A stretch of DNA of 63,967 nt, the filler included, from Bonamia ostreae (lineage: Eukaryota), in NCBI GenBank assembly GCA_040357525.1. It is 10 parts of 10 records of this genome, joined end to end, with 100 filler letters (N's around TTAATTAATTAA, not from the genome) between each part and the next. Parts side by side here need not be neighbours in the genome. Positions count along the whole stretch, not along the records: positions 32,745 to 39,165 come from JBDODL010000127.1; positions 39,266 to 45,670 come from JBDODL010000128.1; positions 45,771 to 52,136 come from JBDODL010000129.1; 7 more parts are not named here. One strand, 5' to 3'. A program made the translations under genes and the position numbers. Shown one piece after another: positions 39,021-50,934 of the stretch. The notes under the pieces are model-generated. The model was not told the DNA's origin, made no database searches, and saw only the letters and a program-made list of their open reading frames with translations. Position 1 is the first letter of the stretch, and each line of letters opens with the position of its first letter.

Positions 39021-39265
39021 ACTGATTGTACAAATTTATTTTAAAAAATAGCATAAAAACGATCTTCTTTCGTTTATAAAAAATGGCCAAAGAAATTTAT
39101 AAAAATGGCCAAAGAAATTTATAAAAATGGCCAAAATATTTAAAAACAAAAAAAATCATCTTTCGNNNNNNNNNNNNNNNNNNNNNNNNNNNNNNNNNNN
39201 NNNNNNNNNTTAATTAATTAANNNNNNNNNNNNNNNNNNNNNNNNNNNNNNNNNNNNNNNNNNNN

Positions 39266-41407
39266 CCAGAAGTTTCGAAACATTGTCAAAGTTACTATTT
39301 TCTATCTAAATTTGGATTATTATTAAATTTGGATTTTTACTCTTATCCTATTTAGTTTTTCAATTTAAAATTTTTTAACATGCGATCGGAAATAAATGAG
39401 AATTTTAAGGCAGTCTGCTCGAAGAATGTTGTTACTGGAAGAGCCGGTCAGTTCTGGAAAAACATTATTGGCCAAAAATGTCTTTACGTCAAAATTGTCT
39501 GTGACCCGCATAACGCCATATCTCTCTGTGCGACTTTTGACGCTGATCGATATTATTAGAAAAAGCGCTGCGTCTTTTTTCAACCAATTTTGTGACGGAT
39601 TTTCAACATATTCCTGTTAAATTAAAATTTAGTTTTTGTTTTTAGTAATTGAACAATGCAATTTTTCGCTTTTAATAAAGTTGTCAAAAATTGACTTTGT
39701 TTAATTGACCTTGTTTAATTGCGAAACGTAATTTGTGATGGTTTTTGTGATTTCGGATTCGCTCAAATTATTAAGAACTTGAATCAAATCAAAAGCGGCT
39801 TTTCTTCTCGTGAGATTTATAGAATTTTCAAGATCTTTTCTATAATATTCCATCGGATTATATTTAAATTCTTCAATGTCTTCATCTTTTTAAAAAGTTT
39901 TGATGGTTATTTTTATCATAAACAAAAATTTAAAGATTAAATTTTTTATAATTTCTTAGCCAAACTTCGAAGAAAGATGTTTGGAAAGACAACGTTCTCT
40001 AACAGAACTTTAAAAATTTGCGATAAGTTTATAATGTTTTTGGTGTTCGGTTTGGCTAAAACTTGCGTTACATACTTTATCCCTTCTATCACAAGCTAAA
40101 ATATTAAAATTTTGTTTTGATAAAATAGTGAAACATCGTCATATCGCTTTTCTGTTGGTATTTTGGATAAAATTTGGAAAGTTAAATTTAAAAATTCTTT
40201 TTCCGCCCTTAAAATAAAAATTTAAAGATAAAGTTTTTGTTTTTCAGTTGCTAAATTTAATTGTCAAAACTTCGAATACGAAACGCAATCATCATATTTT
40301 TCGCAAAACAAATCAACTATTTGCAAAATTTCCTAATTTTAATCAAAATTCGACCTTTTTTACTTGAATAGACAAATCTGGCCACAACGACACGTCTTGT
40401 TCGTTCTGATGTTTCAACAATTTGTGTATTCCGCCAAGCCATATATGCGATTTGCTTTCAATTGATTCTAGCAATTCTTTGATTTAATCAAATTAATTTT
40501 TTTGTCGAAATTTGTTTATAATTCGAAATTTAATTTTATTTTAAAATTTGTTTTTACGTCGAAATTTATTTTTATTTTAAAATTTGTTTTTACGTCGAAA
40601 TTTATTTATTTTTATTAAAATTGGAATTATCATTTTTTTTAATTAGAGAATCAAAAAATTGTGCCTAAAGTGATTAGTTTCTTGAATGCGCCGAGCATTG
40701 GTGACATAACAGAAAAAAATTGATCAGAATTTCCACTGCTTAAAAGCGACATCGTTTTGTTAAAAAAATCTGTCAACGGATTGACCAGAATTTTGGACAG
40801 ATATAGCAATTCTTTATCTAGTTTCAAGCTTCTCTCGGTATTTTGATAACGTTCGAAAATGGAATCCATTACTTCTAGAGATCCTTTCACTATCGCAATA
40901 TCGTTTGTTGACAAATTTTGTATAAGTTCCTTCGATTTTTTGCAAAATAATTAAAAAAAAATTTGTATAAGATTTGCAAAACTGGCATCAAATTTTGCCA
41001 ATTATCGGGAAAATCCGTTTTGCATATTATTTGAATAATCGCTTTTAAAAAGTTTGAGACGATGTTAGTTGACTTTAACATCATTTTTAATATTATTTGT
41101 TTGATCTGTTTTCTTTCTTCCGATTTTACCACCGAGTCCTTTTGTATTTTAAAGTTTTACGTTTTCGTTGAGATGCCAATTCTTCTGAATGTAATTTTTC
41201 AAGTAGATAACTGCGGCTTGGGACGTGGCGTTTGATTGGTTTCCTGTTATCTCTAGTAACATTATTGTGAATCCAGGTTTCTCGAAACTTTTTAAAGCGG
41301 TTTCGGCTTTCAGATTTATATTATTAACCTTGTTTTCTAATATTCAAATCGGGGGAAAATGATTGAACAAAACAAGATTCAACCGTTTTAGCAGAATTGC
41401 CATTCAT
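39266..41407 (-). CDS. CSE1: exportin-2 / CSE1 (3'-partial)
   Basis: RKQAE...AAVIYLKNYIQKNW, DFPDNWQNL, WLKKDAALFL...T.RYGV, ILRADCLKILIYFR. Confidence 0.88.
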
Positions 41408-41619
41408 TAGTTTATAAAATTTAGTTTGAAGTCTTTATAGCGTTTATCTATAGAAACTAATTAGACAATGTTGAACCTATTTACAAATGAAAATATATTA
41501 ACAAGCATATGACCATTTGGACACATTTAATTTGGCAAGCCCTTGAAAACAAATAGTTTGATCTCAGTTAATTGAAATGGTCACATCATTTCCCCAAATT
41601 TTCCTTTATTCTCAGTAAA

Positions 41620-41970
41620 TTTTTTTATCTAATATTTTTACTGAAACCTTTCTCTGCGTTTGTTCAATTAAATAAACTGCCATCTCTTCAATTTTTGCAT
41701 TCATTTGTTAAGCGAGCGAGTGATTTTGCATAACGTGTTAAAGTTATTAAACTTTATTTTACATTTCGGTAAAATAAAGTCTGAAACATGTATATTTTTC
41801 TGAAATATGTACTTCGAATCTAACATCCTTTCTGTGTGAACGACTCAAAATAGCCTCTTCTGTGTTCTAGTACCTGTCTGCCGATAGTTTTATACAACAT
41901 GATAAGAATCTGTTGATAAGAAATTTTCCATATCTTTAACTGCGCGTTATTTAAAAATAGCCTGAAATGG
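41620..41970 (-). mobile_element. decayed non-LTR retrotransposon (LINE) ORF2 3' relic
   Basis: ILIMLYKTIGRQVLEH / AILSRSHRKDV / KLKRWQFI*LNKRRERFQ resemble LINE LYKTLVRP.LEY...W.P..KKD and RLK.L.L.SL.RRRERY; stops and frameshifts. Confidence 0.55.
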
Positions 41971-42422
41971 TATTGTATAAAAAGTTGGAGCTAATTAGAA
42001 ATATGCTGACTATTTTCCTCTAAACAATTGACATTTTCTGTCATCCAATCACTAGAATGAAGCTAAATGTAATGTAGAGTAAAACAGAGAATTTTGGTAG
42101 GTTAAAGTCGCACACTATTAAAAATCTACAAAAAGTTAAACCAATATTCAAATTTGCAGTATTAAAAATGAATATTAGTTTTAAAAATTAGTAAATATCG
42201 TAGATAAAAATGGTCGTGACGTTAATTAGCAAATTTACAGTAAAAATCATTAGAATTCAATATTTTTATGTGATCGCTATAACAACCGACGATAAAAAAG
42301 GATTATTGTTTTACTATAACAGAAAATTTCTTTTTGCTTATACAACAGATTTGCGCATAAAATATTTTTTCGCGCACAAACCAATAAATATAGTCTAATT
42401 CAGTAAACCATATTTCCAAGCC

Positions 42423-44093
42423 ATGGGAAAAGATCCGAATTGGTGCACGCAATGCGAAGGCAACGGATACTTTTGTAAAGATGGGAAAACTAGTTCAATT
42501 ACATATTTTTCACGTATTCAATTTAAAGCAAATTGCAAAGATTGCTCAGGTCTTGGAATCAAAAAATCCAAATCAATAAAGGAAAAAGATGGAAAGAATA
42601 AAAAGAAAAACGGTTTTTCTGTAGAAACAAGTTTTTCTACAAAAAGCGAAGTCAACGCAGAAAGCGTTGAACAATCCTTAGGAAAAGTCCCGCTCCCTCC
42701 AGAAGAGAAACCTAGAAGTTTTGTAAACTTAAAAACATTTAAGTGGACTCCAGATTCAAGAAAAAATTCTCAATGAGAAACGATGTAAAAAATGTATCCG
42801 TGTACAAAGAATACAAAAGTAAGCTTGAGATAGTTTAAAAAACCAAAATATTAGTAATTTTTAGTCTATTATAGAATAATTAAAAAATTTGATTTTTTGA
42901 TTTCCAATTTGACAAATGTTTTATTAATAAGGTAATGGATAATTTGCATATGCTAACTGTAGCAATAGATCGACTGAAAAAAATATCGGTAACAATGGCG
43001 AGGGAACTTAGAGATCGTTATAAACACAATACACAATCAAACAACTCAATAAAAGACATCAATTTCAACAGTAGAAGTTATAGCACAATCAATTGCTTTA
43101 TTGACTTTTTAGACAATGTTTTGCCAATAAATCAATTTTGCCAAAAATAAAAATCAAATTGTTGTCGTTGAGCAAATTAAATTTTTTAATCGTCAAAAAT
43201 TTTTTAAAAAATTTATTGCCGTTGAACAAAGTATTCAAAATTGAGAAAAATTTGTAAAATTAAAGAACAATATATCAGATCAAGAAATAGTTTTGATGTT
43301 AAAAAACACAGAAACATTTGCATTAACAACTGATGTTTTTATCTCCGAGTGCAAAACTGCTTATAAAAAACTTAAAAAAGATGAAGAAAACACAACAAAA
43401 GTGCTCGAAGGAAAAATCCTTGAAGCCGAAAAATTAAGAAAAAAATGCAATGATTTAGTTACCAAATTAAGTAATATTGTTAGAAGTTCAGTTTCTGCTA
43501 CCAATGTTACCTTTTCATTAATTTTAAAACAAAAGGGAAGAAAATTAGATTTTTTTTTCAAGTTCAAGAAAAAAGATCCGGAAGCTACAAATAAAAAATT
43601 ATCGAGTTTAAGAGAATCCGCTCACAGATACACTACAATTTATGAAAGAAATTTAGAGCATCTCAATGAAGATATGAATTCGTCATTATTATTTGGCTAA
43701 ATTTTATAAAAATTTACCAAAATTAAATTTTAAAAATTTAGTTATTTTGAAGTTTATATTCGAGAGAAATGCGAAAAATTGGACTATTTGTATATCGAAG
43801 TAAATCGAAAATTAGAATAAGCTCTTTGCGAAGAATATGAACTTTTAAAGAAACAGACTGAAAGTCGACAATTTTTGAAAAAAAAATATAATAAATGCAT
43901 TCAGAAAGTTCAAGTTCTTAACGATACTCCAGATTGTTCCGCAAAAATGTACCTTTGCTAAATTTTTTAATTAGATATCGAACTCGATTTTTTAATTTAA
44001 AGACATAAAGAACATGGAAACTTGAGTAGAGAAGAATATCAAATAGAATATGATTTAAGTCTAAGACCTAAAGATATACTTGATAACACTTAA
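42423..44093 (+). CDS. multi-exon protein: N-terminal CxxCxGxG zinc-finger pair plus long helical (BAR-like?) region
   Basis: CTQCEGNG and CKDCSGLG; helical K/E-rich exons; exon structure approximate. Confidence 0.5.
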
Positions 44094-44610
44094 TAAATTT
44101 TGTACATTGGCATTTTTGTTATAAAATTTGTTCTATTTGGGTCAGAAAATTTTTTAAAATATCAAAAGACAAATATAAAAAAAATTTAAATTTACAAAAA
44201 CCAAACTTTTGAATTAAATGTCAAAATTTTATTGAGATCTAATCAAGAAAAATTTTTGTTAATTGGAAAAATATCAATGATATTAATTGGAAAATTTAAA
44301 TTCTAATAAAAATTTTATAAAATATCAAAATTTTTCATAATAAAAATTGCAATTTAAAATAATTTCAAAAATTTTTCCTTATATCATTAAACCGCAACAA
44401 AAATTGTTATTATTTTTTAACAGAATAACCAAAAAATGCAAAAAATTTTATTTTTTGATGTTAGCAAACGTTCGAAAATGACAAATTAGTTCACTATATC
44501 AGAAATGTGAATTTGAGAGATTTGATTAAATCTTTATTAACCAAAAACAACGACCGCATCATAAATTAATTTGAAAAACAAAACAAAACCGAAATCAGCC
44601 TAAAACAAAC

Positions 44611-45543
44611 ATGAACTTCGACAACAACAACAAAAATTGTTACAACCCTCACAATCATTATCTTTACAACAATCTTCATGACAACTTTTACTGCGGGGGC
44701 AACAATGACGATCCTTATTATTGTAACAATCGCCTTGACACTAGCAATCTTGATGTCAACAATATTGACGATAGATTTGGTCCGAGTTGTTACAAGAACA
44801 AAGAAGGAATGCACAAAAATGACAACAAAAGTTACGAAGATTATCGTCAATATTACAGACACCCGAATCATTGTTACCAAAACGACAGATATTACCGGAG
44901 AAGATATCTAGACGATCGCTACCACAACCAAGTATATCAAGGAGATATTGAATGCGAATGTCAATACTCTTCCGAATCGGAGGAATGTCCTTCGACACAA
45001 ATAGATACCACTGTGGTACCAACATCGGAAGCACCTGTCAAAACTACATCGGTAGTAACAACAGAAACGCCGATAATGACGACAATGTTGACAACGGAAA
45101 TTCCGGTTACAAAGAAGCCCGTAGAAACTACAATGGCCGCGACAGACATTCCGTTAACACAACCCATTGAAACAACGGAATTGGTAACAACAGTTGCGGA
45201 TACGACTTTAACTCCTCCGACTGAATTGCCAACTCCGCCCCCTTCGACTGACTCTCCAATGTCACCCCCTCCAAATACAATGGCGGTAACAGCGTCGCAG
45301 AAGAACAAAGAAAAAGTTGATATTGGAGATGGTGGTTTTTACAAGGAAATGGGCAACTTGGAAGAAGTCGGGACGAGAACGTTGAAGATACCGAAGGGGT
45401 ACTATCTTCAATTGGTTCCATTGGAATCTTTTAAGGGGGGTTTAAAAAATGGGAAGATTTATAAAAATGGAGGAGAGAGAGCCAAAGATAAGAAGAAACG
45501 AAAAGTGGTGATTAAGAAGTTGGTGTTGCGGAAGAGGAGATAA
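44611..45543 (+). CDS. intronless low-complexity protein (N/Y/D/H/C-rich, Thr/Pro mucin-like, basic tail)
   Basis: 310-aa ORF with raised GC relative to flanks. Confidence 0.75.
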   Translation: MNFDNNNKNCYNPHNHYLYNNLHDNFYCGGNNDDPYYCNNRLDTSNLDVNNIDDRFGPSCYKNKEGMHKNDNKSYEDYRQYYRHPNHCYQNDRYYRRRYLDDRYHNQVYQGDIECECQYSSESEECPSTQIDTTVVPTSEAPVKTTSVVTTETPIMTTMLTTEIPVTKKPVETTMAATDIPLTQPIETTELVTTVADTTLTPPTELPTPPPSTDSPMSPPPNTMAVTASQKNKEKVDIGDGGFYKEMGNLEEVGTRTLKIPKGYYLQLVPLESFKGGLKNGKIYKNGGERAKDKKKRKVVIKKLVLRKRR

Positions 45544-45770
45544 ATTTTTTTTATCGCGTCTTCATCAATTATTTATATTGATTTTTCATGGCAAAATTTT
45601 TAAAACTTTATAAAAGTCACAGAACTGTAAATAAATATTAACGAATTATTATAAAAAAAAAAACATAAAANNNNNNNNNNNNNNNNNNNNNNNNNNNNNN
45701 NNNNNNNNNNNNNNTTAATTAATTAANNNNNNNNNNNNNNNNNNNNNNNNNNNNNNNNNNNNNNNNNNNN

Positions 45771-47137
45771 ATTTTTGACGATAACAAAATAATAAAATCG
45801 CGTAAATTTTGCAATAAATTTGTACCTCTCTGTTCCAAACCGCATGGTCTCCCGGTCCATCCATTCTAATATGCGTTAAACAGACTGGTGTTGGCCAATG
45901 CCAAAGATCATAAATTTCAAAAAATTGTTTTAGAATCATCGCAGTGTTCGCTTTTGGATATAATTGGCATATCCTTCCCGCCATTATCGAATAGGATACG
46001 CCACCTAAATATCCTATCGAATTCCCATAGATCCCTCGTCCTTTTACATTTTTATTACATTTCGGTTTGGGACAATTTTGACCAAATATTATTATTTTAT
46101 TGTAACTTGACTAACAATCGTTTTTGTTACTTTGACCAAATTTTCGCTCAACAAAATTGGCAAATTTTTATAATTCAGTTCGAAAACAACGACACCGAGA
46201 TTCGAACCCACGCAAACACGACCGCGGCTCAAAAAACGATTTTACGAAAAATGGTCACAAACAATTTTATTAAATTCCGAATTACGGTTTCCGAAAACGA
46301 ATGAAAATCACAAAAATCGATTTTCAAAAAATCGCATGAAAAACTTTTAGCCCAAATTTTCAAAAATCGAACTGCTTTTCTAAAAACAGATTTGTTTGGA
46401 ACAAGGTCTAAAAGAAGATCTGTGACCCGGACGCCGTTTAAGCTACGGATAGTTTGAGGAATCACGGCTCGCATGACTTCGTCGTCATGTATATCAAAAC
46501 TCTCGTCCAAGACCATTTTTGAAGTCTGGGCGTAAATGAGATCTATCGACACTCCGTCGTAAACAAATTTGGCGATAGGAACGAAAGCGTTTGGCGCGGT
46601 CTAGAGCTTTAGGAACAAAACTGAGAATTCGGTGACTTTTTCGTGTTTTTCTAGAACTGTTGCGCACAGGTCCTCGAAAAACATCGAATGAGTTACGTTG
46701 TTTGGCCCGATGAGCAACGTGTCGATGTCAGCTCCTCTTTCGTGGACGCCCAAGCGAAAGGAGCCGTATGTGTAAACGAGTGGCGCGGTGTGTGCAAATT
46801 CGGATGAATCACTTATCGCGTTGTTGTGTTCGGCATTGGATGCATTGCCGTCTCGCTTTTTGGTGGCGTTTCTGAGCCAGTTTATGAATATCTGAGACAG
46901 TTCGTTCAAAATGCGTTTTTGCTTAGATTTGTCTTCCTCTGACTCGGGAGGAGAGATTTTTGAAAGAGTTTTTTCGAATAGCTCGTCTAATTTGGTTTCC
47001 AACTCGTTTGGCCCATCGAGCGAAATCGGTTCTGCCAAATTGCGATAAATCGATTTTTACCTGTTATTCCAATTGTCTTCTGTTTTTCGAAATCAATCGT
47101 GTTTGATGGTCTTTATAAATTAAAACTCGAACATCAT
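45771..47137 (-). CDS. PAP1: canonical poly(A) polymerase (3'-partial)
   Basis: GITEPISL, YGSFRLGVHERGADIDTL, AFVP, IDLIYA, RSLNGVRVTD, KIWAK.RGIYGN..GYLGGV, ICQLYP. Confidence 0.95.
46187..46230 (-). repeat. second tRNA-like B-box element, inside a PAP intron
   Basis: GCGTGGGTTCGAATCTCGGTGTCGTTG versus GGGTTCGAATCCCGGTGTTGTTA at 24608-24630. Confidence 0.55.
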
Positions 47138-47224
47138 TAAAAAGCTTTCGAAGAGTGAATTTAGTCAGCCAAACTATATCGCAACGTCTGTACAACAAAA
47201 GCTAAATTCTAAAAGGTTTCGTTT

Positions 47225-48842
47225 ATGTCGCTCAACAGAAAGTCGATAAAAGACATCAAACTTGGAAGGAAAAGAGTGCTGATTCGGGTCGACTACAAGT
47301 TTTCTCGTCGTTAACTAAATCGATAAAAGCGTCCCTTTGGGCAAGAACCTCGAAGTCCAAGACGATAGAAGGATCGTCGGAACGATTCCAACCATAAAGC
47401 ACGCTTTGGAAAACGGCGCCAGATCCGTTGTTCTGATGTCCCATCTCGGAAGACCCGCCGGAAAAGTCGTCCCGCGACTTTCTTTAAAAAGCGTTTTGAC
47501 TTCGCTCCAAAACGCCTTAAAAAACGTTACGGCCAAGAAAGTAACTTTCATTCCTTCCATCTCTTCCTCCGAAGTAACTTTTATTCACGTTGCTCAAAGT
47601 ACGAAGAAGCGGTCAATTCTCCGAAGGAAGGCGGAATTTACCTTTTAGAGAACTTGCGATACCACGCAGAAGAAGAAGGAAAAGGAGTCGACGAAAAAGG
47701 AAACAAAATCACAGTGACAAAGCAACAGCAAACAAAATTTGCGGAACAGCTCAGCAAACTCGGAGACGTCTACGTAAACGACGCCTTTGCTGCAGCCCAC
47801 AGAGCCCACTGCTCAGTTGTGGGAATCACGTTGAGTGAGAGAGCCGCCGGCTTCCTCATGGAAAAGGAACTCGTCTACTTTGCGAAAGCGCTGGACCACC
47901 CCAAAAAACCGTTTCTGTCCATTCTGGGCGGAGCCAAAGTCTCCGACAAAATACTGCTAATCGAAAACCTGTTCAGCAAAGTCGACGAAATGATCATCGG
48001 GGGCGGCATGGCGTACACTTTCCTGAAAGTGCTCGACGGCACTGCGATCGGCACTTCCTTGTACGACGAAGAAGGCGCGAGTTTTTTAACCGAATCCAAG
48101 CAATCGTCAATAGAATAATGGAGAAAGCGAAGAAGAACGGCGTGAAAGTCCATTTCCCAGTCGATTTTGTGTTGGCCGACAAATTTAGCCCGGATGCTAA
48201 AGTTTACTTTAGTCTTGTGAGCGTTTTGCAGCGTAGACGAAAAGAAAGAAAACAGAACTAATTTTGTCTGTTTTCTGATACTGTCGTCTTAAAACAAAGC
48301 GCTTTGCATTTTTGTGCAGTTTATGTGATATCTTTGTTACGTAAAAGTACGCAACATTGAAAATTCAGCATTTTCAAATTTATCAGATTTGATTAAAATC
48401 AAATTTTAGTGATACTAAAAATTGCAAATTTGCAAATTAACGTTGATTAGGTGCATCACTGCACAGCGAAAGACGGAATCCCGAGTGATTTGATGGGACT
48501 GGATTGCGGCGAAAAATCGCGAGATCTGTTCAAGAAAGTTGTCGAGAGAGCGAAAACGATCGTCTGGAACGGGTTGCCAACTTTTAATTTAGTCCTTTGG
48601 GAGTGTTCGAATTCGACGCTTTCGCGAACGGGACCAACTTTGTTTTGGAGAGCGTCGCGACCGCGACTCAAAACAACGCCGATGTCACTTCGATTATCGG
48701 CGGCGGAGACACTGCATCCGCTGCTGAGAAGTTGGGCGTAGCGGGAAAAATGAGCCATGTGAGCACTGGCGGAGGTGCCAGTCTTGAGCTTCTCGAAGGC
48801 AAAAAATTGCCGGGCGTGGAGCATCTCAATGCGCGTAGTTAA
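47225..48842 (+). CDS. PGK1: phosphoglycerate kinase (complete, 5 introns)
   Basis: [79 protein letters not shown]. Confidence 0.98.
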
Positions 48843-49299
48843 ACCGCATTCACAATCTCAAAAATTTTACGTAAAAAATTTTGAGCACTCAAAATTAATG
48901 TTCGTGCCAAAAATTAATGTCATGACACTCTCAAGACAACTTAAATTCCTCTCCCAAAAATAAATGTCATGAGTCGACGTCCCCTCATGCCAAAAATGGC
49001 GTGGGACAAAGAGGATGGACTCTCTGGAATACAAAACGAAAAATATTTTTCATGAACGATTAATATTTTTCAGAAACTGCCATTGAACATTGGTTTTGTC
49101 GTAAGATATAATCAATTAACTTTCCCGTTTTGAGACGGAGAGATATAATCAATTAACGCGATAATGCCTTTTGCGGTGTTCTCTGGCGAAATGGGGGCTT
49201 TAGTCTTACCGCAAAATCTCCTTGTTTCAATGTCGAACAAATTACATTTCCACTCTTTCAAATCCATTTCGATATTTGTCTGAAAAAAGCAAGTTGACG

Positions 49300-49952
49300 C
49301 ACAATCTGATTTCCCATTCCTCTGTTAGAGCCAGTTATAGAATTCGCCTTTGCATTTTACTAATCGCGTTGTAGCTATTGATATATGTTACAGTGTAACA
49401 ATGATGTGAATAAAAGTTTTAAGCGCTCAGTATTGTTACTGGGAGATAACGATCGTAAACATTTTTCAATTCGATTCGGTAAATCGGAATCTATTTTTCT
49501 TTTAAATGATAAAAATACAGCCAATATCATCCTTCGTTTTGATAAATTGGCAGAACATCGCTTTTCAAAGTGTTTGAATTCTTTTTTATTCTTATTAAAA
49601 ATTCTTTTGTTATTCTTTTGTTATTTCAATTAATTTCTTAATTTTCGTTAAAAGTTCTTGTTGTTTAAAAGAATAACAAAACAACTTTTAATAAGAATAA
49701 CAAAAGAATTCAAACACTTAAGATTTGAATTATGTGGCGCCAAGGAAAACAAAAATAATGATATTTTCGAAAAAAAATAATTGTAAATTCAAATTAATTG
49801 TGTTAAAATTGAAATAAATAAATTCTCTTATATCTTTGAAGATATGGCAAACGATTGCCTTATGTTCAAAGATAAGAATATTAAAAATGACGATGCGTCT
49901 AAAGACGACATGGTTTTGGGCGTAATAAAACAAGTTAGATTTTTTACTTGAT
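49300..49952 (+). mobile_element. heavily decayed LINE reverse-transcriptase relic
   Basis: In order: SPLHF, NNDV, KTKIMIF, IEINKFSYI, SKDDMVLGVIKQ; resembles SPLLF..IND, KTK.M.F, E....KYLG, KA...LG.IKR; YADD motif lost. Confidence 0.45.
49568..49719. mobile_element. MITE/foldback element with ~52-bp imperfect terminal inverted repeats
   Basis: 49568-49619 is the reverse complement of 49667-49719 with few mismatches. Confidence 0.7.
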
Positions 49953-50082
49953 CTTTTTCAATATGACATTTTTTAATTATTAATTAACATTTTTTTACCT
50001 TTTTAATTGCGTTTAATGTTTATTAGAATTTTTAAACCAAATTAATTATAGAACGAATTGCAAGAATTATTATTTATTCGAA

Positions 50083-50934
50083 ATGCGAAGGCGAATTCTA
50101 GTAACTGGCGCTAGCAGAGGAATAGGAAATCAGATTGTGCGTCAACTTGCTTTTTTGGTTTTATTCAAAAAATGGATTTGAAAGAGTGGAAACGTTATTT
50201 TTGCGACCGCTCGAGACACAGAATGCCCCTTGCTGCAAAACATCAAAACGGACAGACATTCGAAAATTATCAAGTTGGCAATGGATGTCACCTCTCCCGA
50301 ATCCATCGATGTTTTTATCTCGAAGATCAACAACCACAAAATTTTTAAATTGTCACAAAACAGAACGCCTTCAAAACGATTAAGAAGACAGAAAACAAAA
50401 TCGACGTTTTAATAAACAACGCGGGACAAGTCGCTTTGAAAGACAAGAACGCTTTGAGTTGCGACGAAAACTCCCTCAAAGATTGTTTCCAGACAAACGC
50501 AATTGGTCCCTTTCTGGTCACAAAGACTTTCCTGCCATTGCTTGTCCAATCCCAAAACCCAAAAATCCTCAATGTCACTTCTTATTGGGGGTCAATGAGC
50601 GACAAAAACAAAAAAATTTCTTCTTTTCTGACATCCTACAGAGTCTCTAAAGCTGCTGCAAATATGCGTTTTATTTTTCGAAGATTAATATTTTTATGTC
50701 GTTTTACAAAAAGTTTCAAAATGCTTAGCGATTGATCTGAATAAAAAGAAAATTAGTGTGGTATCAATAAATCCAGGATGGGTCAATACTGAAATGGGGC
50801 GATTTGGGGGCAAATTTCACCCAATTCTTTCACCCGAAGAAAGTGCTAAAGGGATAATAAAATTGGTCGATTCTGTAAATTTATCAATGTCTGGAAAATT
50901 TTTAAATTATGATGGCTCTGAATTGAGTTATTAA
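50083..50934 (+). CDS. short-chain dehydrogenase/reductase (CsgA/C-factor-like)
   Basis: LVTGASRGIG, IDVLINNAG, TNAIGPFLVTKTFLPLL, YRVSKAAANM, PGWVNTEMG, GKFLNYDG. Confidence 0.92.

Noticed and set aside
43818-43820. Another in-frame TAA (also 3660-3662 and 21932-21934)
   Set aside because: Can be removed by a 51-nt or 42-nt GT-AG intron, or lies in a frame or UTR that I cannot establish as coding
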